Source: Octopus sinensis
Lineage: Eukaryota
Direction: 5' to 3'
DNA length: 64,000 bases
Assembly: GCF_006345805.1 (NCBI RefSeq)
Contig: NC_042998.1
Span: forward strand, 205,716,001 to 205,780,000
Positions 1 to 12,888 of this stretch are shown piece after piece (the stretch's first letter is position 1; every line of letters starts with the position of its first letter). The position numbers and the translations under genes are program-made. A model generated the notes under the pieces. That model saw nothing but the letters and a program-made list of their open reading frames with translations. It was not told where the DNA came from and ran no database searches.

Positions 1-918
1 CCATCCCTACCCCAGACATACCCAAATCTCTTTGATGTGCAGAATCACACAACGCAACTCAACCTGAAGATCAGTTTGACAACCACCACTGATGAATGGG
101 AGAAAGTTCTCCACAAAAGTTAACAGGGAATCTTTAAAAAATCTTTCTGCCAAAGTTAACATAGAACATACTAGATCTACAAACCAAACCGTAAAATTAA
201 CTTGTATTATATTATTAGAAAGTTAAATTAATTAGAACTACTAATGAAGAAGTCATTCTTTTTCTTTTTCAAATATATCTAACTGTATCAAGGATTTCAT
301 ATGTTTTTATATATATCAGCATCATCATCATTATCGTTTAACGTCTGCTTTCCATGCTAGCATGGGTTGGATGATTTGACTGAGGACTGGCGAACCAGAT
401 GGCTGCACCAAGCTCCAATCTTATCTGGCAAGGTTTCTACAGCTGGATGCCCTTCCTAATGCCAACCACTCCAAAAGTGTAGTGGGTGGTTTTGCGGGCC
501 ACCGGCACGAGGGCCAGTCAGGCGGTATTGGCAACGACCTCGTTTGAATGTTTTTTCACGTGCCACCAGCACGTGCTAGTAAGGCGATGCAGGTAACGAT
601 CATGCCCGAATGGTGTTTTTAATGTGCCACCGTCACGGAGGCCAGCTTGTTGCTCTGGCAATATATATATATACATATATTAATATTAGGGAAGTTATTT
701 CCGAGTCCACAGGGAAGAGAAGTTCAGTTTAGTGGTACTAAAATGAATTACTCACTGTATTATATAAATATATATATAGATAGGTTTAAGAGACAGAATC
801 ACCCTCAAGCAACTCAATCATCATTGAACAACATTATGTACATATAGGACTAAATATTAAAAAATTATCAAAATTAGTGCCTACAATTCTTATTCTAAAT
901 CATATACATTACATTATA

Positions 919-1025
919 TAGACTACACACATTTCATGACAACATATTCCTTGATATTGCTGAAATAGAAGGTCTTGAAATACAATACCATATTAAATTG
1001 AATATATTGCCAATCTTCAGGTCTA
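919..1025 (-). ncRNA. Type I hammerhead ribozyme motif (HHR-D) in a PLE-like terminus
   Basis: Minus strand: TAGAC-CTGAAGA-(12-bp stem II with wobbles, 1001..1013 / 936..948)-GAAA-T-GTGT-GTA^GTCTA; 5-bp stem I. Confidence 0.65.
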
Positions 1026-1105
1026 GATTATATAAACTTATTTTGCTATTTACATCCAATATAAATACATGACAAACTAAAATTATATAACTATATATAT
1101 ATATA

Positions 1106-1187
<82 letters not shown>

Positions 1188-1237
1188 TGTTTAGTTAGCT
1201 TTTAATTTTAAATTGATTTGATTATTTATTTTGACAG

Positions 1238-1348
1238 GTCTTACCAAAATTGGTGCCATTCCTTCCTTATTGAACTACAATCTTCGAAGTAGTGGCCTTG
1301 TTCATAATTTGAAAATCAGCCATCCAAAGATTGTCATTATTGATAGTG
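1238..1348 (+). CDS. SLC27A: SLC27A/FATP acyl-CoA synthetase, first coding exon visible in window (upstream exons lie outside)
   Basis: ttgacAG|GT...AGTG|GTaagt; 111 bp, phase 1-1; encodes (G)LTKIGAIPSLLNYNLRSSGLVHNLKISHPKIVIIDS, matching the FATP GLAKIG...LINxNLR segment. Confidence 0.9.
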
Positions 1349-2428
1349 GTAAGTATATATTTCCCTAAAAGCAGCTTAACCCTCTCAAGAGCCATGTAGA
1401 AGACAGTTAAATAAGACATGCAACTGTGACAAGACCACAGGTACAGACAGGAACTGCATTTGGTGCTCTTTTAAGCGTAGCATTAACTGTAAGACCAGAA
1501 ATGTAGTCTAGCAAATGAAATGCATGGAGTGGGGATTGTAGGAAATGGAATATGACATACATTGGGAAGGACTTTTAGGAGTTTGGCTGGGAGACTAAAT
1601 GAGCACAACTTGGAGTTTGAGGAGAGGAAGCAGTTGTCAATACTCTACGACCATGTCATCCAAGATGAAGAGAGTGGCATGCTGAATTAAGTTGGAATGA
1701 AAATCATGTGTAAATACTTGTGCAACTCCTTGCTAAGACAGATCCATAAGTCTGTTCTCATAAATGAGACAATGCCAACACTAAATAGAAAATATACATG
1801 TGATAGGGAGGCGTGGGCCCTGAATGCAGAGAACAGGCAAAGGTTAGGGGGGAATGAGGTCAGTATGCTCCACTGGAGGTGTAATGTACGTGTACATGTT
1901 CGACAGAGTGCCAATGTTCTCAGACAGAAGTTAGGCATAAGAGGAATTAGTTGCTGTGTGCAAGAGAGAAGACTGCAATTGGTTTGGTTATGTGATGTGG
2001 GTGGATGCTGACAGAGCCATGAAAAAGTGCCAATCTCTCCAAGTAGATGGAATATATGGAAGTGGGAGACCTAGCAAGACATGGAACGAAGTATTGAAGA
2101 ACAACCTCAGGATGCTGAACTTTTTAGGTGAGATGACAAAAGACGAAGATGCCTGATGCCTTGCCATTCTGAAGAAGACTCATACTCCACAGCAGAAATG
2201 TTAAGACTGGTCCTTCCTGTGGTGTAAAGCATTCATGGCAATGCCACATAAAAGTACCTGTGCTGCACCATGTAAAAACGCCTGTGCAGTGCCACATGAA
2301 AGCTTCCAGCCATAGCAACCATGCCAAATCAGACTGGAGCCTAGTGTAGCTAACTAGCTCTGGCCAAACTGTCCAACCCATGCCATCATGGACAACGGAC
2401 GTTAAATGATAATGATGATAGAACACCA

Positions 2429-2462
<34 letters not shown>

Positions 2463-3465
2463 GACTAATTCTCAGACTGACTCAAAGCTGACCTTGAAGA
2501 GTGAGAGCATGTTATTGATGAAGTTGTGAATAGCAACGAAATGACTTTGACTGAAAAAACTAACGACTAATTGATTGTTCAATCAATACAGTAAACAAAC
2601 CGTTGGACAGTTAATTGGTGAAATAAAGAAGTGGTATTGATCTAGTACGTGTATTTTAATTTTTATTGGTATAATGACCATCCATAGACACAACCAGATT
2701 CCCCTGCAGACATCAATGATGGTGACAATGAGCACAAGTCTGGCAGTAGCGGCAATGCCAGAGTTCATTCTATAGTCCTTTCTGATTCAGAAATCCAGCC
2801 ATCCATGGCATTCCACTCTTTGACAATCCTGTATTATGTCTAAGACTTCAAAGATCCGTATGTCATTGGTTTTTTTGTGATGTTAGGATATAATTTGATG
2901 GCTGTTTGGCTGCTATTTCTAGCAGTTTGAGTAACTGCATAGAATTTCCCTCTTACACTCACTGCCACCCCTCCTGGGGCAACAGTGTTGGTGGTTGGTT
3001 CTTCTTTCTACTCCACTAGTTTATGCATATTTGCAATAAAATTGTTAAAAAATAAAAGTAAATTTTAAAATGTCTTTCTCTGTCCCTGGAACCTGAAGAT
3101 GAAGTGCTGACTCGTTTAATCTTTCAATGCTTTGTTTCAATTGTTCCTGTCTGTGGAGTCTAAAGTATTTACGGATGTCACTTCAAAGCAGAACAACTCT
3201 TTTAGAATATTTCACCAAACATTTCAGCTGCTCAGCTGACAGAATTATTCGTATGTTTTGTGCCATTTCATCTGTCTTGGAGTTTGGAGTCCAAATTTCG
3301 CCAAGATCAGCTTTGCCTTTCCTTACAGGGTCAATAGAATAAGTACCAGTTGTACACTGGGGTCAACGAAATCAATTTACACCCTCCTACAAAACTGCTG
3401 GCCTTGTGCCAAAACAATATTTCACCAAACATCATTTTTTTTCTTTTTCTTTCCATTTTTTACAG

Positions 3466-3681
3466 ATATTGATATTCAAAACAACATGAAAGAAATCCAA
3501 CCTGAATTCCACATCCCAGTCTATGTCGTATCAACTTCAACGAAATCCTGTATTTTGCCAGACTTTTTGTCATTTGATGATGTTTTGGAATTGTCTTCAG
3601 ATGCAATGGTAGATCCCTCTTTGAGGAAGCCATTACACATGTCGTCTTTGTTTTGTTATATCTACACATCAGGCACCACAG
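3466..3681 (+). CDS. SLC27A: SLC27A exon with first half of the ATP/AMP-binding motif
   Basis: tttacAG|AT...ACAG|GTaaat; 216 bp, phase 1-1; ends LFCYIYTSGTTG. Confidence 0.95.
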
Positions 3682-4059
3682 GTAAATCAACAGCTGCAAT
3701 TATTAATCACAGAATGCACGTTACACACACTATCCATTGTGCCTACACACACACACACGCACACACACACACACAGCTATACATGTGTACCTGTATCCTG
3801 AGTTGTTGTCTTCATTATTAATGCATTGTTAAACTCCAATGTTATATAAAAGCAATGAATATTGACGGAATCAGTTTACGTGTATAGTGAATAGATTAAA
3901 ATGATAGTCAACCTGTTTAGAATTATATGGATATATATTTAGAATAATAAACAGCAGAAAAGCATAAATTTAAGGGTAAAGATTATTCAACAGTCTTGAT
4001 TTGCCTAATAATGTGGGACACAGTGTGTGTATACTAATGTATGTGTATATATATATATA

Positions 4060-4093
<34 letters not shown>

Positions 4094-4485
4094 TTGCATG
4101 TATATATGTATGTATATCATCATCATCATCGTTTAAAGTCTGCTTTCCATGCTGGCATGGGTTGGACAGTTTGACTGAGGACTGGCAAGCCAGAAGACTG
4201 CACCAGGCTCCAATCTGATCTGGCAAGGTTTCTACTGCTGGATGCCCTTCCTAATACCAACCACTCTGAGAGTGTAGTGGGTGCTTTTATATGTCACCAA
4301 CATGAGACAAGACAGGCGGTACTGGCATCGACCCACTTGACTCAGCAGGTCTTCTCAAGCACAGTTTATTGCCCAATGACTGAAGGGTACTCTTAAATGG
4401 ACTGGTTATATAGCACTGGCATAGGGCACGGTTACGGTCTCACGTGGCTTGCTGGGTCTTCTCAAACACAGCATATCTCCAAAGG

Positions 4486-4545
<60 letters not shown>

Positions 4546-4808
4546 ATTATTATTGAGGGAATAAAATCCAAACTTACAAGGAAAAAAAAATTCAATTTAG
4601 AAATACTAAATCAAATTTTACACTATATAATATACATATATAAAAAATTAGAAAAAAACCCACCTTTTATCGATTCAAAATGAACAATTAAATTACACCA
4701 TCTAGAAAATTACATATAATAGAAAAATTAAAATTGAAATAACAATAAAATGTCAAAGATTAAGTAAATTGCAAAATTAATAATAAAAATGTATATAATA
4801 GGTAGAAA

Positions 4809-4895
4809 AATGACACGTGTTTCATGGCTATATTTAAGAAATGATTATAGTAGGAGAGAAATCACTTCGATATAAATGTAGTCGCTCATCAGGTT
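4809..4895 (-). ncRNA. Hammerhead ribozyme motif (HHR-A)
   Basis: Minus strand CTGATGA (4886..4892), partly decayed stem II, GAAAC-ACGT-GTC^ with palindromic ACACGTGT; weak stem I. Confidence 0.7.
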
Positions 4896-4938
4896 AAAAA
4901 TAAACTAGAACAATAAAATAATTAATTAATAAATATAC

Positions 4939-4980
<42 letters not shown>

Positions 4981-5276
4981 ATCCTAAATATACATAAGTG
5001 AAAAATAAAATAATACTTAAATAATTAAATACTTTAAAATTAAATAAAATACACAAAGCTATTACAAGTCATTAAATTGTAATCAAAATAAGAAATGGTT
5101 CAAATATAGACAAACTCCTTAAATAAGCTAACCATATAATAAATATTATACATGTGTAGTATCTATAGATTTAATATAACAATCTATAACAAAGTTGACT
5201 AAATATCAAATAATATAATACCTAATCAAAACTTAATATCAATTTATTTAATTTAATATTACAAATACATAAGCCA

Positions 5277-5321
<45 letters not shown>

Positions 5322-8054
5322 ATAAAAAGAGAGAGAGATATAATAATTAATATCTATCATCATCATCATTGTTTAACGTCCGTTTTCCGCGCTAGCATGG
5401 GTTGGACGGTTCAACCGGGGTCTGGGAAGCCAGGGGCTGCACCAGGCTCCAGTCTGTCTATCGTAACTAATATATATAAATATATATAATAGTGAGAGAA
5501 TAATATGTTAATGGAAAGTAAGAAAACCTATGAACCCCAAAATAAAGAAAGGTGCAAAAATATTAGAACCAAAGAACAATTCACTATGAAGATGTCCAAT
5601 CACAATCACCAGTCGTCTACAAAACCAGTGAATAACAAGAACAATAATAACAACGACCAAAGTCAAAATAATAACAAGATCTAACTAATATTGATAAACA
5701 AACTAAATTACTAAGTTCAGCGATTCTGTTAATCTATCGAGATTTTAAATGTATCAATATGATAAGCGTCTAATTAATATACTCAATCGATACCATTCAT
5801 GAATAATACAATCAAAAATTTGAAATAATACAAATATACTCAAATCCATTATATAAACTCGTTATATTAATATCCATGTGTAAGTCTATAGATTTAATAT
5901 GTCACACGATTAAAAAGTTAAACATAAACTTTATATTAAAATAAAAACTAGTTTATTTAAAAATAATACTATTTAATGAAAATATTATCTAATTATTAAA
6001 AGAAATATAGTCTAACAATATTAATTCTCAAATTAAATAATATGTAAAACGTTAGAATCTTTTATAACAATTAAACATTGAACGTAAAAAATACTATAAA
6101 TAAATAATAATATTACAACAAACAATAAAAATAATTTCAAACACACGATTCAATATTCAAATGAAATAGAGAAACGATAAAAAGTCAAACTTAGCTTAGC
6201 GAAGATTCAAGAGGAACTGATTTTGAAAGTAGATAGTTAAAGCGTTTATAAAATTTATTGTGTGGAGACTTAGTGCAAAGAAATAGAATAAATACTCAAT
6301 GAAAGTGGTGAAATATTTTTTTATCAATGAAAAATACGAAAAACCTAAAAGCCACATGAACTAAAAAAATTTGAGAAAAACACAACTTATGGAGAAACTA
6401 ATATGAAGACACCCAACTAAAAATAACAGACACCTATGAATATATCAATAACAAAATTAATCCCATCTCAATATTAATCCCCCGCCCCAAATCCAAATGA
6501 AAAGGAGAAAAGAACGTTGCTAAGTTATTTGAGAATATCGCTAGATTATAAACGTAAAGAATAATACTTAGTGTCTATAAGAAATAAAACTCGTGGAGAG
6601 GTTGCATAGGAAAATTAAAAAAGACTGTTAATGAAAAAGGCTAAAAGAAAATTATTAATGAAATACGGGAATTATCTAAACTTCATGAATCAAATAAAAT
6701 TAATAAAAATAGTAATAGTAAAAATAGTATATTAAGTATTACTTGTTCATCATCACTACCCAGATCCTACAACAAGCCATATGCGATTATAAGTATTATT
6801 ATCATTAATATTATAATTATCAACATAATTATTATCATTATTAATATCATTATTAATTATTACCATCACTACCAAAATCCAATCTACAACAAACTGCCAA
6901 CTAACGTCAAATTAATTCACAGCCGATTACCCCCCTACCATTCAACCCTTCCTATAGCCTCCAACAGACGAAGCCCAAAACTCATCTCAAATTCACCATC
7001 AACAAATATTATTCATCATTATTTTTAAAATATTAATATGATTTATAATAAAACAGTAAAAAATACTCTAATACTATTAAATAATATCTACAGTAAAATA
7101 AATAAGACAAAATAAGGTTTAATAATACTAAAGATAAGTTAAATGTAATATATAAGTACATAAAATAAAATATCATTTAATTTAAAAAAGTATTTACTAT
7201 AAATTTAAAGTCTAAATAATAATCAAATAAAATACATATATATAATTTTAAAATAATTTATATTACTATAATATTTATTTAAAAATAATATTATTATTTA
7301 TTTATCATTTAAATATATTATAACGGTACTTTAATTTATGTTTACATTTAAATATATTATAACGGTACTTTAATTTATGTTTACATTTAATTTTACGTTC
7401 GGCCAAAGAGTTTACCAATCACAATTGTTATGAAATAATATCTCCCTAAATTCATTATTACAAAGAGAACAACTATTACTCCCTATAGTATATGATTTAG
7501 CCCTACAAATAATATCCCAATTTAATTTATATTTAATAGATCTAAATTTAAGGTCCCAAATATATTTACTGAGACCTGTTGAGTTTATAAGATTTTTATT
7601 CCTAAAAGAATACATATGTTGGGAAATTCTATTTTTAATTTTATTCGAAGTAGACCCTATATAAATAGTATTTAAATTATGATGATTCAAATTCTAATCT
7701 ATTATAGTTACCCTACATCTATAGACTACATTATCTAAATTACAATAATTTTTCAATTTACATGTAGACTTATCCCTACATGTACAAGAAATCAACTCTT
7801 GGTTTTTATTATTATAATTAGAATTAATATTTAATCTATCTTTATAAAATTTCTTTAATTTAAAAATATTACATGAAGAAATAATATTAAATAAAATTAA
7901 ATAAAATACTAGCTTTGTGTATTTTATTTAATCTTAAAGTATTTAATTATTTAAGTATTATTTTATGTATATTTAGGATTTTCATATATATATATATCCT
8001 TAAATCCTTAAAAATGTTTCAGCCTGAAGGCCACGGCCATGCTGGATACCACCG

Positions 8055-8116
<62 letters not shown>

Positions 8117-8152
8117 GGTATATTTATTATTTTATTGTTCTAGTTTATTTTT

Positions 8153-8239
8153 AACCTGATGAGCGACTACATTTATATCGAAGTGATTTCTCTCCTACTA
8201 TAATAATTTCTTAAATATAGCCATGAAACATGTGTCGTT
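8153..8239 (+). ncRNA. Hammerhead ribozyme motif (HHR-B), inverted copy of HHR-A
   Basis: AAC-CTGATGA (8156..8162)...GAAAC (8225..8229)-ATGT-GTC^ (8234..8236)-GTT; 3-bp stem I. Confidence 0.7.
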
Positions 8240-8461
8240 TTTCTACCAATTATATACGTTTTTATTATTATTTTTGCAATTTACTTAATCTTTGACATTT
8301 TATTGTTATTTTAATTTTAATTTTTCTATTATATGTAGTTTTCTAGATGGTGTAATTTAATTGTTCATTTTGAATTGATAAAAGGTGGGTTTTTTTCTAA
8401 TTTTTTATATATATAGATATATGTATGCATAAATATATATATATGTATATCCATACATATA

Positions 8462-8515
<54 letters not shown>

Positions 8516-8949
8516 TAGATATAGATATGTTACATGTATCATCATCGTTTAACGTCCACTTTCCATGCTAGCACAGGTTGGACGGTTCGACGGGGGTCTG
8601 GGAAGCCAGGAGGCTGCACCAGGCTCCAGTCTGATCTGTCAGTGTTTCTACAGCTGGATGCTCTTCCTAACACCAACCACTCCGTGAGTGTAGTGGGTGT
8701 TTTTATGTGCCACTGGTATGAGCGCCAGTCAGGCGGTACTGGCAGTGGAAGAGGGGCCTTGCAAGTCTACCAGATAGATGGAAGAGCATTGTAGAAAATG
8801 AAGGAGAGTATATTTTAGATTAAAAAAGAACTTTATCTTAATTTTGAAGAATAAAAGAAGTATTTAAAAAGCCGCATTATTTGTAAGATGAACCAATATA
8901 TATATATATGCATATACTCTTGTACTTGTTTCACCCATGTGACTGTGGT

Positions 8950-9500
8950 CATGCTGGAGCACCACCTTGGTCTTCCTGATTTCCTCAGTCTGGAGTGTTT
9001 CCTATCACCACCCCTGTATGTGCCTTTGTCCCAGCTGTTGTCCCATTTCGTGTATAAGGGTGTTTGATTCTGCTACCTTTGTCGGCCCCTCCTGTCAGGC
9101 TGTCGGTTCACCTAGTCTTGTGGACAGGAGGGTGTCTAGTTCCTTGTTGAAGACATCTACTTCCACCTTAGGCTGATTTCTTAATTTTTGTGGCAGGGCA
9201 TTGAAGTGCTGTGGGCTTTTGAACCTGAGACTATTGCAGTACCTGGTCCTGAATTTAGATGGAGTGGATGAGCATTTCTGGCATTTGTATAACACTCAAT
9301 ACCGAAATTAGGTGCTAGCCCTTTTAGAGTTTTCTATCTGTAGTTTATTGCATATCCATCCCACCTTCGATCTGGGGAGTAAAGCTACAGTTTTCTCAGC
9401 CTCTCCCTGTAGCTCATCAGCTGCACCGTTTCAATCTTTTAAGTGTAGTGGCATTGGATTGCTTAGAGCTCTGCTGTTAGTTTGGCACTGTGTGGTGAAC
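8950..9500 (-). mobile_element. CR1/L2-like LINE 3' ORF2 fragment
   Basis: RTRYCNSLRFKSPQHFNALP...VDVFNKELDTLLS...EP; homologous to the fragments at 35.3 kb and 37.2 kb. Confidence 0.6.
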
Positions 9501-10042
9501 AGGGAACAGTAAATGTTAAGGGAAACCCGTGCTGAGGCGGACTAACAAATTTATTTCAATTCTGTCAGTAAATTTTGTTTAAAATGTAATTTTTTCCCCA
9601 AATTTAATTGCAACAAATTGAGTAAAATGGCTGAGGGAGAAATGTTTGTGAGGATGGGGGTATCAGTGTATGACTGATAGACAGGTGTTGCCTCTTGCCT
9701 TGTTAGTTATAGTGAGGTCATGGGGAATATAATATCCTGCCATTAATGAATTAAAACTATTGGAGATAAACTCGCAATTCGTTTAATGAGCTGACACTAC
9801 TCCTTCCTCAATATGCTGCTTGCCTCCCACCTCTCTCGGCACCGGTTTCCCTTTGCAACCATTTCATAAGCGACAGAATTCATGAGAAATCCATTCCACA
9901 GCCTTTTTCTTTCGCACCAATTCAGTATAAATGTTTAGTTTCTATTTTGCGGGGGGGGGGGGGGGGGCGTCTCCTCCGACATGTTTCCTATATTCATGGT
10001 GATCTGATTAACAGTTGTTGTTTTCCTTCTTTTTCTGGTCAG

Positions 10043-10201
10043 GTGTTCCAAAAGCCTGTAACATCTACATCAGCAAACTCCTGGGAAGTTTACGCTTTGG
10101 CAACATCATTGGAATCTGTAACTCGGATGTTATCTATGTCACTCTTCCACTTTACCATTCAAACGGACTCTTTCTGGGTTTCAATTTGGCTCTAAGTCGA
10201 G
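10043..10201 (+). CDS. SLC27A: SLC27A exon
   Basis: tggtcAG|GT...CGAG|GTaagt; 159 bp; (G)VPKACN...SDVIYVTLPLYHSNGLFLG; completes YTSGTTGxPK across the junction. Confidence 0.95.
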
Positions 10202-10894
10202 GTAAGTTTGGCAGAATTATCGTTTAAGCCCACCAAATAACTTTTTGCATTCAAAATAATTTTTGAAATCCTTTGAAATTCAAATTCAAAAAGTTAAAAA
10301 TATTCACACGACCTATTATGGATTTTGAATTGAAGCTCATCATGGAACCAGTCCTAACTTTCTTCGTTCATCATCATCAAACATGCATTTTCCACTCTGG
10401 CATGGGTTGGATGGTTTGACCAGAGCTGGCAAGCTGGAGAGCGGCACCAGGCTCCAGCCTGATTTGGCATGGTTTCTATGGCTTGATGCCCTTCTTAATG
10501 TCAACCACTTAACAGAGCGTGTTGGGTGCTTTTTATGTGGCATTGGAACAGGACACTTACAGGTCAATCCTCTTCCCCATTGGGAGCAGCCTTAACACTT
10601 TTACTGTGGAGGATGGGGTTTCTTGAGTACAGCAAAGTGTTACCCATCTCATACACGTTGCTAGTTTCAGACATTTTCTGTGCATTTGTATTCTGCACAC
10701 TGTTCTCGCACAATTCTGCACAAAAACATTTTCACCCTGCCCCGTCCTTGCGGATACTCAAATTAGACTTGACCCGTATCAGTCATTCAGGTATTGATGA
10801 ACCTGAGGCCATTGCTAGGATTTATCCACAATGATTCAAAAAGAGATGTGTAAAAGATAATTTATTTTAATAGCATACTTTTCTGTTAACAAAC

Positions 10895-11293
10895 ACTCTT
10901 TACTCTTTTACTTGTTTCAGTCATTTGACTGTGGCCATGCTGGAGCACCGCCTTTAATCGAGCAACTCGAACCCGGGACTTATTCTTTTGTAAGCCCAGT
11001 ACTTATTCTATCGGTTTCTTTTGCTGAACCGCTAAGTAACGGGGACATACACACAGCAGCATCGGTTGTCAAGTAATGCTAGGGGGACAAACACAGACAC
11101 ACAAACACACATATATATATACATATATACGACGGGCTTCTTTCAGTTTCCGTCTACCAAATCCACTCACAAGGCTTTGGTCGGCCCGAGGCTATAGTAG
11201 AAGACACTTGCCCAAGGTGCGACGCAGTGGGACTGAACCCGGAACCATGTGGTTGGTAAACAAGCTACTTACCACACAGCCACTCCTGCGCCT
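10895..11293 (-). mobile_element. tRNA-head SINE, family A
   Basis: Minus-strand head AGGCGCAGGAGTGGCTGTGTGGTAAG...GGTTCAGTCCC with A- and B-box-like motifs; second long copy at 39698..40091 (+); several fragments elsewhere. Confidence 0.75.
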
Positions 11294-11399
11294 AATGTTT
11301 TTCTTCTTACACACACCTGCACTGAAACCCTTGTGAGAGGTGGGATCAGAATTTAAATTACAAAAAGTATTTATTTTTGTTTTCTTAAATCTCAGCAAT

Positions 11400-12115
11400 G
11401 GACCACTCTTGGGTGCATCATCATTCCATAAAAGGTTTTTATGGGGATAAGGAGTTTATAGCTACCCCTTTTCTACGTATTCAGCAAGGCCTCTTCTCTG
11501 AAGGTACCAGGATCCTGTCATCTTTTCTACTTACTAAAACTTTAATCTTTGGCAGTTTAACCTTAAGGCCCCTCAATTCCAGGTTTAGTTTCTCTGCCTG
11601 GAATTTCTTCTCTAATTCTTCTGTAGACTCCACTATGAGTTCTAGATCTTCAGCAAATAGGAGTTCCCATGAACAGCCAGTCTTAAACTCCTTTAGTGAT
11701 GGCTTGGAGGACTGAGGAATAGGAAGGGATTGAGGACTGAGCCTTGATCTACCCTTACCTTCACACTAAATTCATCACAGAAACCATTGCTAACTCTCCT
11801 TATACATAGCTTGAACCACCCGCAGAAGCCATTTAGCTACATCCAGTTTCCTCAGAGCCCACCAAATTACTGAACACGGCCCCCAATGAAATGCTTTCTA
11901 CAAAAGTGAGGTATGCAGTTTATTCTTAGCCAGTTATCTTTCCTGTGATTGTCCCCTGAAGAGGTACCACAGTTGCAATCTTCCCACTGAGACAAACCCA
12001 AATGGCATCACATCCTGGTTCGCTCTATCATGAATTATTCGGGTTGTGTCTTTCTCCATGGCCTTCATAACTTGATCTAGAAGTTTGATTCCCCTATAGT
12101 TGTTTCTCTCCAAGA
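11400..12115 (-). mobile_element. Decayed RTE LINE reverse-transcriptase fragment
   Basis: Minus strand NNYRGIKLLD and WELLFAEDLELIVES..ELEKKFQ, homologous to the RT at 57844..59253. Confidence 0.7.
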
Positions 12116-12124
12116 AATATCGAA

Positions 12125-12575
12125 ATCAAATTTGATGACTGGCACCTGTGCCAGTGGAGCGCTAAGAGCACCATCCGAGCGTGATTGTTACCAGAGGAGC
12201 AAACTGGCTTCCGTACTGGTGGCACATAAAAGGGCACCATTCAAGTGTGATCATTACCAGCGTCGCCTTAGTGGCACGTGAAAAAACATTCGAGCGAGGT
12301 CGTTGCCAGTGCCGCTAGACTGGCTCCTGTGCAGGTGGCACACAAAAGCCACCATTTGAGCGTGGCTGCTGCCAGTACCGCCTGACTGGCCCTCGTACCG
12401 GTGGCATGTAAAAGCACCCACTACACTCTCAGAGTGGTTGGTGTTAGGAAGGGCATCCAGCTGTAGAAACTCTGCCAGATCAGACTGGAGTCTGGTTCAC
12501 CAGTCCTCAGTCAAAATCGTCCAACCCATGCTAGCATGGAAAGCGGATGTTAAACGATGATGATGATGATGATGA
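12125..12575 (+). repeat. RTE 3'-UTR repeat ending in an (ATG)n tail; representative of about 18 dispersed copies
   Basis: Shared CCCACTACACTC..GAGTGGTTGG..TTAGGAAGGGCATCCAGCTGTAGAAAC...CCAACCCATGCTAGCATGGAAAGCGGA.GTTAAACGATGATG; the same sequence terminates the long RTE at 59816. Other copies near 320(-), 2200(+), 4115(-), 5355(-), 8535(-), 10370(-), 16400(-), 20450(-), 23030(+), 25200(-), 28810(-), 33650(-), 35710(+), 36200(+), 50655(-), 52250(+). Confidence 0.85.
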
Positions 12576-12850
12576 TATCATCTTTGCCCTTGTAATTTAC
12601 AGTGATACTACTCTGCCAGTCATTGGCTTTGAAACCGTTTCTGTTGGCTTCATTAACTAACCCCAGTGCTGTTCTTACTTCCCCACACATTTTAAGCATT
12701 TCTACAACTTCCTCCAATCAGCCGGCACCTTTCTCTCTCTCTCTCTCTTTATATCCTTGATTACTTTATCCACCACACTTAGATCGCAACTCCCATACAC
12801 TCTCCACATTCAGCAGACATTTATGATAAATAGTACTTCCACAACCAATT

Positions 12851-12888
<38 letters not shown>

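Larger units (their letters stand above)
4556..8410 (-). mobile_element. 5'-truncated Penelope-like element (Penelope/Poseidon type) with inverted pLTR copies
   Basis: GIY-YIG endonuclease at about 7412..7900 (-): SCTCRDKSTCKLKNYCNLDNVVYRCRV...*...YIGSTS...STGLSKYIWDLK...CSLC, with one in-frame TAG; flanked by inverted repeats about 4637..5060 vs about 7909..8410. Confidence 0.85.

Noticed and set aside
3258-3821. 187-aa ORF as a stand-alone gene
   Set aside because: Only 3466..3681 is FATP-like and bounded by AG/GT; the rest is intron read-through, including polypyrimidine and CA tracts. The same applies to ORFs 10015..10227, 13469..13801, 16073..16288, 24421..24750 and 29579..29836
11215-11293. 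tRNA gene
   Set aside because: A/B-box-like head continuous with a dispersed SINE body, and no complete cloverleaf seen
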